From NCBI RefSeq assembly GCF_000007005.1, contig NC_002754.1: a DNA stretch of 64,000 nucleotides; one strand, written 5' to 3'. Under the pieces are notes generated by a model. That model was not told where the DNA came from, did no database searches, and saw only the letters and a list, made by a program, of their open reading frames with translations. Position 1 is the stretch's first letter, and every line of letters starts with the position of its first letter. Position numbers and translations under genes: made by a program. This document shows positions 32,337-42,552 of the stretch, in pieces. This stretch comes from Saccharolobus solfataricus P2 (lineage in GTDB: Archaea; Thermoproteota; Thermoprotei_A; Sulfolobales; Sulfolobaceae).

Positions 32337-33359
32337 GAATCTCTCAACCATTTCTTTAGCGTGTTTTTCATCTAATATATTTTTTTCAATCATTAGTTCT
32401 GTGGTTTTCTGAATAGCTTTTTTAGCTAACTTAGCTGCAAGCCAACTAATCTCTGGAATATGAAACGCGTCGGAGCCATGCATTACCTTATTTAGTGGTG
32501 CTACCTCAAAAATCTCATTTAATATATTATATGCCGCTAGGGGTGCAAATGGTATTACCTGTGAGGTATCTAGGTAAACTGAGGGAAAAAGATAAGACAT
32601 CCAAGCTGTTTCCCTATGATAAGGATATCCAGCGTGTACGAAAATTACCTTTCCCTCATACTTCCTAACTATATTAGTTAAATATGAAGGTCTAGATAAC
32701 TCCAGCTTAATATCCCTATCCCCGGCCCCAGTGTGAATTTGTACCGGAACTCTTAACTCCTTAGCTATTCTTAAGGTTTCACAAAGCAAATAATCTCTAA
32801 ATCCTTTTGCAACCTTACCAAACCAATCTTTCTCGTTACTATGAAAATCCCTTCTAGCCTCCTCTATGTTACAATTTACCTTTAATCCAGTCCTATAAGC
32901 TATTATGCTCTTAAAACCAGCATAGCCCTCTTTAGTTATTTTTCGTCTTAGGGTCTCCTCAAAGTACTCTAATGCCTTATCAAATGACATTTGAAAAATG
33001 TCATCGTTAATAATGCTCTCTATTCTGAATAGTAACTTTAATTTTGCAGGTATTTCCATTTCCTTCTTTCCAAATCCAGTATCTATTACAAATCCATCTA
33101 TTCCTGCATCGTCGAACAGTAAACGCATATAATTTACTGGATCATTTTTAATTAATTTGTTTCTTTCTTCTATAAAATTTACACCTAATAGTAACTTAAG
33201 TTCATTCCTTAGATATAAATAGAATGGTCTTAGACTATTCATTGTAAAAGTGTCAGTACTTATTTCGTTTTCGAGCCAAGATTCAGCTGAAGCCATTATA
33301 AATTCCTTTTCGCTCATTACCCTTGCCGAGAACCAATGTGCATGGGAATCTATTATAAT
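32298..33359 (-). CDS. Amidohydrolase_2 (FluG N-terminal-like); real 5' end lies upstream of the ORF-track ATG
   Basis: FKSIIAYRTG, QIHTG, HAGYP, HGSDAF. The in-frame IIIDSHAH (HxH) is at 33336-33359, upstream of the ATG at 33317. Confidence 0.8.
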   Translation of the reverse strand: MIIDSHAHWFSARVMSEKEFIMASAESWLENEISTDTFTMNSLRPFYLYLRNELKLLLGVNFIEERNKLIKNDPVNYMRLLFDDAGIDGFVIDTGFGKKEMEIPAKLKLLFRIESIINDDIFQMSFDKALEYFEETLRRKITKEGYAGFKSIIAYRTGLKVNCNIEEARRDFHSNEKDWFGKVAKGFRDYLLCETLRIAKELRVPVQIHTGAGDRDIKLELSRPSYLTNIVRKYEGKVIFVHAGYPYHRETAWMSYLFPSVYLDTSQVIPFAPLAAYNILNEIFEVAPLNKVMHGSDAFHIPEISWLAAKLAKKAIQKTTELMIEKNILDEKHAKEMVERFLYYNSKEMYGFD

Positions 33360-34642
33360 CGTCTATACACCTCGTACTCCCAATCAGTTACTAAGCTTTC
33401 ATATTCCTCTACTTCAGCTAACTTAACCTTTATGAATTCACCAATTATTTCTTTACCTATCCTCTCCACCAATTTAGTGTCCTTTCTCAATTCATTTAGA
33501 GCTTCTCTGAGATTTCTCGGAATATCATCAATATCTTTTCTATAGTACGCGTTTTCATTTACAGCTTCTGGGGGCTTTAATCCTCTTTCTATTCCATCCA
33601 ATCCAGCTTCTATTACTGCAGTTAAGAGAAGATATGGATTTGTGGAGGGATCGGGGACTCTATATTCTATTCTCCTGTCTAACTGTGACATTCCGGGATA
33701 TGGTGTCGGTATTCTTATCATGGCGGACTTGTTGTTATATCCATAGGTTATTTTAGTTGGTGCCCAAGAACCAGGAACAAGTCTTTTATAGGAGTTAATC
33801 GTTGGTGAGGCTATTGCGGTTAATGCTTTAGCGTGTTCCAACAAACCAGCTATGAAATTGTAGGCTAAGTCGCTAAGTCCATACTTATCATTATGGCTAT
33901 AGAATAAATTCTGATTATCTTTCCATAAGCTGATGTTTAAATGGAGTCCAGATCCAGCCAATTTATTAAATGGTTTTGGCATAAAGTTCGCTTCTACACC
34001 ATGTTTACTTGCTACTTGTCTTGCGACTTCCTTAAATATAACAACTTCATCCGCACTCCTTAGCGCGTCTTTATGCATTATATCAAACTCATACTGTCCT
34101 GGTCCATATTCCTTTATTATTCTTATTGGTTCTATGTTAATTTGCCTTAACGTTTTAGCAATTTCTGGGATTATTTGATTGTTATAAAATGCAGAAGGAT
34201 CGAAACACCTAGCATCATCCAATGGTTTTTTATCCTTTGTTAAATAGAACTCTATTTCGAAAGCTGATTTGAAGTCGAAATCGTATTGTTCTTTTGCCTT
34301 TTCTATTGTTTTAATTAATATACTTCTAGGATCATAATTCCATGGATTTCCATGCTTATATAGGTTGCATATTACTATGGCTGATGGTGGAAAGACTGAG
34401 AGTGTATTAAGGTCTGGAGTAAGGAATACATCTTCATCTTGTGGTCCAAATGTGCCATAGGGACTTATGTAATCCATTGGAGTAAAGCTCATCATTGCCA
34501 TTGTTAAGCCTATACCCGTTTTCAATAATTCATCTACATGGTCAATATAAGCTCCCTTTGATCTAATATACCCATCTAACCCTACCCAAGTGAATCTTAG
34601 AATTTCCACGCCCTTTTCTCTAAGTTCTTTCTCTACATTCAT
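33353..34642 (-). CDS. glnA: Glutamine synthetase-family protein (GlnA-like / FluG C-terminal-like)
   Basis: FEIEFY, EYGPGQYE, FMPKP...GSGLH, NSYKRL, IRIP, EYRVPD. Confidence 0.88.
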   Translation of the reverse strand: MNVEKELREKGVEILRFTWVGLDGYIRSKGAYIDHVDELLKTGIGLTMAMMSFTPMDYISPYGTFGPQDEDVFLTPDLNTLSVFPPSAIVICNLYKHGNPWNYDPRSILIKTIEKAKEQYDFDFKSAFEIEFYLTKDKKPLDDARCFDPSAFYNNQIIPEIAKTLRQINIEPIRIIKEYGPGQYEFDIMHKDALRSADEVVIFKEVARQVASKHGVEANFMPKPFNKLAGSGLHLNISLWKDNQNLFYSHNDKYGLSDLAYNFIAGLLEHAKALTAIASPTINSYKRLVPGSWAPTKITYGYNNKSAMIRIPTPYPGMSQLDRRIEYRVPDPSTNPYLLLTAVIEAGLDGIERGLKPPEAVNENAYYRKDIDDIPRNLREALNELRKDTKLVERIGKEIIGEFIKVKLAEVEEYESLVTDWEYEVYRRL

Positions 34643-34679
34643 TAATAATAAAATAAACTTGCTAGTTTATTAACAATTA

Positions 34680-35435
34680 TCATTGCTGAGTAAAGTTAGT
34701 ATTTACTTCTTCTGGTTCTTCATACCACTTTACTTTTTCCCCAATCTTCGCCCTCATTTTCCATTTAATACTCTTGGGATGTTTCTCTATTATTTCCCTT
34801 AATTTTACTAGTTTAGGTTCTATTATTTCCCTGTTTTTATCGTTTTTCATGAATTCTAATACTCTATCATGATTTATTGTATAAGTCTTATAAAATCCCC
34901 AGTCTTCGGATAAGATTTTAGCTATATAATTATAGTTCATGGTCTTCTCGTCGTCTCTTTCCCCTAATTCCACATCGTAAAGCAGTGCAGCTATATCTTT
35001 CTTATCATTTTCAGTAAGTTGTATTATTTGCATTTTTGTCAGAAATAAATCCGAAGTTGGGATGGTATATTTCATTATTCTTAATCTATCCTTTAACACA
35101 AGTTTATGACACATTACGAATTCATCTAAAAAAACATCAACTGTTGAGTTAATTATAGGATCAAAGAACATTAATCTAATATGTCCATGCAATGCGTTAA
35201 ACCTCTTATTTGGAATCAATCCTATACCTTCTAAGAATCTAGATATCTTAGTACTTTGAGATGAAAGTCCAAAATAATCTATATCCTTGTATACTCGTGG
35301 ATACAATTCTGATCCCTTTTTAGCTATTAGAGCTATTGCTGCTCCTCCAATCACTCTTAGAGTTATTCCCTCATTCTCAGCCTTATCTATTACTTCTATC
35401 CCTCTATTCAGCAATTGTTCCTTAGTTAATGTCAT
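34680..35435 (-). CDS. Putative nucleotidyltransferase (Pol-beta fold)
   Basis: LRVIGGAAI...KDIDY motif (GG-x-DxD) and a later VDVF strand. Confidence 0.6.
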   Translation of the reverse strand: MTLTKEQLLNRGIEVIDKAENEGITLRVIGGAAIALIAKKGSELYPRVYKDIDYFGLSSQSTKISRFLEGIGLIPNKRFNALHGHIRLMFFDPIINSTVDVFLDEFVMCHKLVLKDRLRIMKYTIPTSDLFLTKMQIIQLTENDKKDIAALLYDVELGERDDEKTMNYNYIAKILSEDWGFYKTYTINHDRVLEFMKNDKNREIIEPKLVKLREIIEKHPKSIKWKMRAKIGEKVKWYEEPEEVNTNFTQQ

Positions 35436-35567
35436 AATAATTATTTAGAGTTACCTCAATATAAATTATGGCATTATGGATATTTTAAAACTTCTTGACA
35501 GAATGATTAAAAGGTCGTTAGAGCGATTAGGCAAAAAGTTTATAAGCATAGTTAGAAGTGTGTGACT

Positions 35568-35939
35568 ATGGAACCTCTGATAGCCATAGATCTAAATTCC
35601 AATATGAGTATTTCTCAATTAGAGAGTTCAGTTAAGAAACTTTTTGAGACATTCGGAGCTTTGGATGTAGTTTTCATTATAGATGACGATAGTATAGTGG
35701 AACTAGATGGAAATTTGGTTTTGACATTTTATAGTGTGAAGGAGTTGGTAGAGACATATAAGGTATTGAAGAAACTCTCAGAAGTTAAATCCAATAGGTT
35801 AAGGGTTACTAGTGTGATAAGGTTAGAAAGAGATCTAAAAAGGTTCCCATTAGTTGTAATAACGGACAGGAAGATCGTTGGCTTAAATAAGAACTTAATT
35901 TTTGTGTATGACGGAGATAAAGTGAAAGCAAGATATTAA
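35568..35939 (+). CDS. Hypothetical protein
   Basis: Clean ORF with a TATA-like TTTATAAG about 30 nt upstream. Confidence 0.65.
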   Translation: MEPLIAIDLNSNMSISQLESSVKKLFETFGALDVVFIIDDDSIVELDGNLVLTFYSVKELVETYKVLKKLSEVKSNRLRVTSVIRLERDLKRFPLVVITDRKIVGLNKNLIFVYDGDKVKARY

Positions 35940-36195
35940 GTCTTTTATATATTTATAATAGCATAAAAATTGTCATATCTTCTTAAAGAGTTTTTACGAA
36001 AAAATTTAAGGTAGGAGGCACCCGACTAATGTTCTCTGAAAAATCACTGTGAAAAATTCAATAAAAATCTTTCTTGGAACACCGTTTATGTTTAGCTGTT
36101 TGTATTTTTAGAAGATAATTTTTTAGTATAATTTTATGAGATAGAGTCCATGAAAGCTGAAAATTGGAGTAATGTAGTTGGTGGCTACATCTCGT

Positions 36196-37423
36196 GAGAG
36201 TGTCCGGAATGTAAAAAATTGAATTTTTATTGGCAAGAATAAATTGGTTTCTAGTATTATCTTGGATTAAATTGGAGTAACACTTAAGTTATGGGAGTAG
36301 AGGGTAGTACCATGGCAAGAACATTAAGACACATACCAAACCTGATGTACTACCCTCTTCCCCCAATAGAGGATATGCCGTGGAGGGAAAAATGGTTAAC
36401 GGAGATCAAGCCCGTGCTGGACGCCATGGATTTGGAGAGGGTCCTTGGCGAGGGCGCGCTGGTTTACCTGAAGTTGTTAATCGTCATGGTGCTCTATTCC
36501 TGCTCCTATAGGGACGCGGTGAAAATGGTCAACGTGAACGTGGTCGTGGCCTGGTTCGTGGGGAGGAAGGTGGGGAAGAGCACGCTGCACGACTTCGTGG
36601 GCAGGTTGTACGGGGTGAGGAAGAAGTTGTTGGAGATTTCCTTCAAGCTTGAGGAGAAGTGCCTACCCAGTTACCTCCCTGCGAGCGCGCATCTCGTGGA
36701 CTTCATGGCGTGGCTAGTGGACTCCTTCCTACTGGACTTACCTCCTGGGAAGAGGAGCGTGGAGACCTTTCGGGAGAAGGCGGAGCTGGAGAGGAGGGAA
36801 GGTAACCTGGAGAGGGCCAGGAAGCTGCTCTCCCTGGGGAGAACCAAGAGGAGGTTCGAGGGAAGGTGGACCAAGAAGAGAGGGGTCTCGCACTACGGGC
36901 TCAAGGCAGTGGCCGTGATCTCCGTCTCCCTCTTCGTGAGGTCCATCACGTTGAAGCCAGCCAACTTCTCGGACAAGAGGTTCAAGTCACCGCTCAAGGG
37001 GATTAAGATCGCGGACAGGGGATTCTCTCCCTCCCCGACACAGCTCATAGCGCGGGAGAAGCCCTTCACTACCCTGAGGGCCCACGTGGAGTTCTTCGGC
37101 ACCTACCTGAACGCGTTCTGGAGGCCCTACGGGACTACGACTTGGAGGAACGACGTCTTCCTTCACGTCCTGGGAGTGATCTACAACATCAAGATATTCC
37201 TCGCGATCCAACGGAGGACTCCTCCAGAACGTAGAGCCGTTCAGCTCTGAGACGCACCTCCTCGCGATCAGACAACGCTATGCGCGATAGGTAAATCCTC
37301 TCGTCTTGATATTTTTCCATTATAAAGTTTTTCTCGGTGATCCAGGTCCTATCCTTCTGGCAATATTAATATTTATCATTCTGTTTATCTATTCGTTCAG
37401 ATAATTACATTCCGGACACTCTC
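36196..37423 (+). mobile_element. ISC1234-type IS5 element, copy 1 (1228 bp)
   Basis: 17-bp TIR GAGAGTGTCCGGAATGT; 4-bp TSD TCGT. Confidence 0.9.
36291..37250 (+). CDS. ISC1234 transposase
   Basis: VDSF, ADRGF, HVEFFG DDE-like motifs; GC-rich. Confidence 0.9.
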   Translation: MGVEGSTMARTLRHIPNLMYYPLPPIEDMPWREKWLTEIKPVLDAMDLERVLGEGALVYLKLLIVMVLYSCSYRDAVKMVNVNVVVAWFVGRKVGKSTLHDFVGRLYGVRKKLLEISFKLEEKCLPSYLPASAHLVDFMAWLVDSFLLDLPPGKRSVETFREKAELERREGNLERARKLLSLGRTKRRFEGRWTKKRGVSHYGLKAVAVISVSLFVRSITLKPANFSDKRFKSPLKGIKIADRGFSPSPTQLIAREKPFTTLRAHVEFFGTYLNAFWRPYGTTTWRNDVFLHVLGVIYNIKIFLAIQRRTPPERRAVQL

Positions 37424-38632
37424 TCGTGGGTAATGGATGGGTACGATTTAGGTGCTGTTGTTATTACAGCAACGATATTAGGTAAATTGTTCTATCCCGG
37501 GATAGGTTTGCTAAGTGCAGTTTTGCCCATAGTGTTTACTGTAATCTCTAGGCCATTAGGTGGATTTGTTTTTGGTTATGTTGGAGATAAATACGGCAGA
37601 AGAGTTAGCTTACTAATTTCGGTATTAGGTTACTCTTTATCTATAGGCTTAACTTCTATATTACCTACTTATGCCCAAATAGGGATTTTAGCTGCCGTTA
37701 TAATTTCAATTCTAAGATTTATACAAGGTATATTTATAGGAGGAGACGTTGCGGGTAGTTTCACTATAGTAATGGAAAGCCTTAACAATTATAGAGGTCT
37801 ATTTTCCGGTATAATGCAATCTGGAGTTTTGGTTGGTTTTGTTGGAGTTGACTTCTTATTTACTTATTTAGCGTCTGTTACTGGAGCACAGTTTATATCG
37901 ACTTATTGGAGGTTAATTTTCGCCATTGGAGTAATACCAGCAATATTGGCTGCCTTAATTAGATTCAGGATGACAGAACCTAGTGTCTGGCTTAAGATAA
38001 AACATTCTGCAAATCCCTTAAAAGGCCTAAGAGAACTTCCGCAACCGTTTCTAGTTATGGTAGGCTTCTGGTTGGCAATTTACGCTGGACCTCAATTAGT
38101 ACCTACATTGTTTGGGCAAGTGATGAAGTTGCCTCCTTCGTATTACGGTCCTTTAGTTCTCTATATGAATTTAATAGGGATACCATCCATGTTGGTTGCA
38201 GGAGTTCTCTCGGATTATATAGGGAGAAGAATGATGGGTATAATAGGTTCGATATTTGCTGCAATAGGTTCATTAACTTTTTATTACTTTATTCAAATTC
38301 ACAACATTAACCTATTATATCTTATATTACTTTTCGGTTTTCTGGTAAACTTGCCCTCTTCTATAACTCCTGCATTTTTATCAGAGAGATTTAAGACGTT
38401 TACAAGAGCTTTGGGAGTTGGCACCGCGTACAATGGAGCATATATAATAGCGGGTTTCGCTCCGATTTACGTTTCCATTCTTTCGAACTTTATGAATCCA
38501 TTTAATGCAGCTACAACAGTAGCAGTTATCGGCTTCATTATAGCCATAACTGGACTTATTGCGGGACCGGAAACTTATAAGACAAGTCTAGAAGAGTGAT
38601 TTGTTTTTTAATGTTAAGTCAAATATTTTCTT

Positions 38633-39862
38633 ATGAAGATAGCAGTTATAGGTTCAGGTCCAGCTGGAGTATCAGCTTCATTAGAATTAGCCAAAAACAA
38701 TAAGGTAGTATTAGTGGAAAAAGAGGAAAGACTTGGAGGAACGTGCGTATTATATGGCTGTATTCCATCTAAGGCTATGCTACATCCCATACACTTGGCT
38801 TCTGAACTCGAAAAGTTAGGCAAAAATATAACTTTCGATTTGGGAGAGCTGAGAAAATTAGGACAAGATGCGTCATATAGGCTATCTAAGGGAGTCGAAT
38901 ATATGCTAGAAGATAATGGTGTAGAAGTTATTCATGGAATCGCATCTCTTAGATCTGGGCAATTAATAGTAAACAATGAGACTATCCAAGTGGATTACGT
39001 TGTTTTAGCTACTGGTACTTATAGAGAAGTTGTTAAGGGTATAATATATTCAGAGGATTTGCCTTATTTGAACAAGGACTTTAAGAGCGTTATAATTGTT
39101 GGCGGAGATGTAGGAGGTGTTGAATTTGGATGGATGTTAAGGAAACTTGGAAAGGAGGTAGTTCTAGTTGATAAGCAATCCTCGTTATTACCATATCTAG
39201 ATAAGGAGGTTAGTAATGCTATAACTAACTACTTCTCTAAGATTGGTGTGAGATTGTATTTGAATCGTTCAGTTAAGGAGATGAAAGAAAAAGAGGTGAT
39301 ATTAGAGAATGGAGAGAAGTTAACTGCGGACGTCGTATATATGACTTTTGGTAGGAAGCCATCTATCCAAGGATTTGAGGAGATCAACCATAATCCTTTC
39401 GTCATCGTTGACGAATATTTAAGGACTAGTCTAAGTAATGTTTTTGCTGCAGGTGATATAATTGGTACTCACACTGCCCATGAAGCAATGTACGCTGGGA
39501 AAATAGCTGCAACTAACATTATGGGTGGTAAAAAAGTATTTAATAAACAAGGCATACCTAAGGTCGTATATACTCACCCTACAATAGCTTATGTTGGAAG
39601 TATGGAAGGAAAATGCGTTAAAATAAATTTAGTTGAGTTAGGTCGTGCGATTACGGAAAAAGAGATTGATGGATTTCTTAAGCTATGTATTAAAGATGAT
39701 AAGATTGTGGGAGCTCAAGCTTTTATGAAGGATGCTGAAGAAGTGATATCACTAATTTCATTCTTAATTAGGTATAATATTAAGGTTAATGAGATTAAGG
39801 ATTATGTAGCTCCTCATCCTTCCTATATCGAAGCTTTAACTGAACTTCTAAATAGACTCTGA
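38633..39862 (+). CDS. lpdA: Dihydrolipoamide dehydrogenase-like flavoprotein disulfide reductase
   Basis: GSGPAG, GGTCVLYGCIPSK redox disulfide, FAAGD, HPSYIE. Confidence 0.85.
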   Translation: MKIAVIGSGPAGVSASLELAKNNKVVLVEKEERLGGTCVLYGCIPSKAMLHPIHLASELEKLGKNITFDLGELRKLGQDASYRLSKGVEYMLEDNGVEVIHGIASLRSGQLIVNNETIQVDYVVLATGTYREVVKGIIYSEDLPYLNKDFKSVIIVGGDVGGVEFGWMLRKLGKEVVLVDKQSSLLPYLDKEVSNAITNYFSKIGVRLYLNRSVKEMKEKEVILENGEKLTADVVYMTFGRKPSIQGFEEINHNPFVIVDEYLRTSLSNVFAAGDIIGTHTAHEAMYAGKIAATNIMGGKKVFNKQGIPKVVYTHPTIAYVGSMEGKCVKINLVELGRAITEKEIDGFLKLCIKDDKIVGAQAFMKDAEEVISLISFLIRYNIKVNEIKDYVAPHPSYIEALTELLNRL

Positions 39863-39934
39863 GATAGATTCATTCAAATTTCATTGCACAGCACAGTAAA
39901 TAAGCATATATAGCTGGATAGCCTATCCATAAAT

Positions 39935-40618
39935 ATGGATGTATACGAAGCAATACGAAAGAGGAGGGATATAAGAAGTTATTACAAACCCGACCCAATC
40001 CCTGATGAAGTGTTAGCTAAAATTCTTTCTGCAGCCCATATGGCTCCTTCAGTAGGTTATTCTCAGCCTTGGAATTTCATTATAATCAGAGATGATGAAA
40101 TTAGGAAGAAGATTAAGCAGGTAGTAGAGGAGGAGAGAAAGAGATTTGAAAGCGTTTTAGATGAAGAACGCAAACTAATATTTTCTAAAATAAAGGTCGA
40201 AGCAATACTAGATACTCCTGTTAATATGGCGGTAACCTATGATCCTAATCGCTTTGGTCCTAATATTTTGGGCAGATCTACTATGCCTGAGACCTCATTA
40301 TACAGTACCGTATTAGCAATAGGGAACTTATGGTTAGCGGCTACCGCAGAAGGTATAGGGGTTGGATTTGTGTCTTTCTTCAATAAAGAGAAAGTTAAAG
40401 AGATATTAAATATTCCCAAGGAGATAGAGTTAGTAAGTTACCTAACCTTAGGATATGTTAGAGAGTTTCCTAAAATACCGGAGTTAGAGGAGAAGGGATG
40501 GAATAGAAGGTTAATGTTATCGGATCTCGTGTTTGAAGATATTTTTGGCAAGAAAACTAATAATAATTTCAGACTGTTATTAGATAGAACATTTGAGGAA
40601 ATATTTAATAATTTCTGA
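39935..40618 (+). CDS. bluB: Nitroreductase family, BluB-like (5,6-dimethylbenzimidazole synthase)
   Basis: [43 protein letters not shown]. Confidence 0.7.
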   Translation: MDVYEAIRKRRDIRSYYKPDPIPDEVLAKILSAAHMAPSVGYSQPWNFIIIRDDEIRKKIKQVVEEERKRFESVLDEERKLIFSKIKVEAILDTPVNMAVTYDPNRFGPNILGRSTMPETSLYSTVLAIGNLWLAATAEGIGVGFVSFFNKEKVKEILNIPKEIELVSYLTLGYVREFPKIPELEEKGWNRRLMLSDLVFEDIFGKKTNNNFRLLLDRTFEEIFNNF

Positions 40619-41153
40619 GGTTTTCAAATTTAGCCTTAACTCTTAAGGCTCTACCCATTTTTATTACTTCATAATTTATTTGTAAATTATTGCACGATCG
40701 TGTAATCTCTATTTGATCCTCTGATATAAACCTTATATTTGGCTTGCTACAAAGGCTTACGTCAAGATATTGGGATAGTATTTCGTCTATTTCATTCATA
40801 CTATTTACTGTAAATTCTAATTCTATAGTATTTCTCATCATTCTTGCGAACGTACCGTGTCGGCTTGACATATATGCCGTTGCTATGCATGTTATGCTTC
40901 CAATTAAATTGAATACCAATACTAAATAATAAAATGGATATCCCAAAATAGTAATTCTCACTATATAAAATATATATGTTGTTAATACAGAGAGAAAAAC
41001 TGAATATGCTACGGAAGACACTATTGAAAGCCTATAGTTTGTTTTGAAACGATAACTTAGTAACAACCCAGTAAAAAATGGTCCTATTATTGGAACCCAC
41101 CATAATAAAAACGGAAGTAAAAATACTGCCCTACTTAAAGTGAAATTTTTCAA
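40605..41153 (-). CDS. Hypothetical membrane protein
   Basis: Three N-terminal TM segments and a soluble C-terminus. Confidence 0.65.
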   Translation of the reverse strand: MKNFTLSRAVFLLPFLLWWVPIIGPFFTGLLLSYRFKTNYRLSIVSSVAYSVFLSVLTTYIFYIVRITILGYPFYYLVLVFNLIGSITCIATAYMSSRHGTFARMMRNTIELEFTVNSMNEIDEILSQYLDVSLCSKPNIRFISEDQIEITRSCNNLQINYEVIKMGRALRVKAKFENLRNY

Positions 41154-41286
41154 TGCGAATTAATTTCTCACTTTATACTTTATTAAGTTTTATCTTAATG
41201 GGGGTTAAGGGGGCGGAAGACCCCATCCCCAAGGGGATGGATAGTCCCCTTATATTTTAAATATAAGAACTACAGATATACAATTA

Positions 41287-41582
41287 ATGCCTGAAGTAGG
41301 GTTCCGCTTCCGCGCTTACACAGACGAACAAGCACTGAGGGCGTCAAAAGCCCAGTTGAGGCTAGCATGTGAGGTATATAACACCCTACGTTGGACAGAT
41401 ACGTATTCTACCAAAGGGATGGGAAAGGTCTTACACAGACGGAGTTAAGACAGATGGCCCTTGACTTAAGAAAGCAGGATGAGGAGTACAAACAACTTCA
41501 CTCACAAGTTGTTCAACAGATAGCAGATCGTTTTTACGAGGCTAAGAAGAGGTTTATGGACGGGCTAGCACGCTTTCCAAGA
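41287..41582 (+). pseudogene. tnpB: tnpB 5' fragment (frameshifted)
   Basis: MPEVGFRFRAYTDEQ...[28 protein letters not shown]. Confidence 0.85.
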
Positions 41583-42552
41583 CAGTATGGGAATCTCTTT
41601 TTTCTCGTAAAAAACGAGATGTATGAAATACAGAAAAAGTTGAGAGGATGAGAATTTCTGGAGAAAAGTTCGTATATGCGAGGGCGAACCTGAATGTATG
41701 AAGCATGAGAATACAACTAAACCGGCGAAGTTCAACCGAGACTTCGCCAGGTCCGCCCTCAAGATAATTTACTCGGTCCTCACTAAAATACTTTTCCCTG
41801 AGGAACTCCTCAGTGCCTTGCTTAAGGCGAGTGGGAGCTACTTGAGCAGGTTGGGAAAAGATGGGAGAAGAGCGTTGAGAAAGTTGAACGTGGTTCAAGT
41901 TGAGGACGTGAGGGATGCGTTGAGGAAGATGGGGAGGATGACGTTAAGGGGAGTCAGGGACAGGAGGGTAGCAGTGGACTTCCATGTCATACCTCAATAC
42001 CACGCTAACAAGAGTTTCTTGAGTAGGATAAAGCCAACTAAGGGGACGTCGTGGGGATTGGTTCAAGCTGCGATCTTCCTCCTGGGGAGGAAGAGGCGCT
42101 TCCTGGACGTGATCCCAGTGACCGTGAAGAACGTAGCTGAAGGTTTCAAGGCGGTGATGGAGGTAATCGTGAAGGAGTTAGAGGAGGATAAGCTGAGGCT
42201 CGTCATGGTCTTCGCGGACAAGGAGTTCGCGGTGAACGAAGTGATTAGGTTCCTCTTGGAGTTGGGCTTGGACTTCGTCATATCTGCCAAGGCCCAGATG
42301 TACAAGAAGTACGAGGGGATGTTGCAGAGTGTGGACGTGAGTTTCGGCGGAGTCAGATACACGGGCTTCCTCTGCGTGAGACATGGGACCGGAGCTTATC
42401 TCATTATCCTGAGGAAGGAAGACGGCAAGATTATTGCCTTCCTCGTGAGGAGGGAGATCGACCTTCACGATGCCATAGTCCTTGCCGAGATGTACAGGGA
42501 GAGGTGGGGGATAGAGAACGCCTTCCGCTCCCTTGAGGAGTTCAGGATCAGG

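Larger units (their letters stand above)
36150..38599 (+). pseudogene. MFS transporter interrupted by ISC1234
   Basis: MKAENWSNVVGGYIS (36150-36195) joins WVMDGYDLG (after 37427) in frame once the IS and one TSD are removed. Confidence 0.88.
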
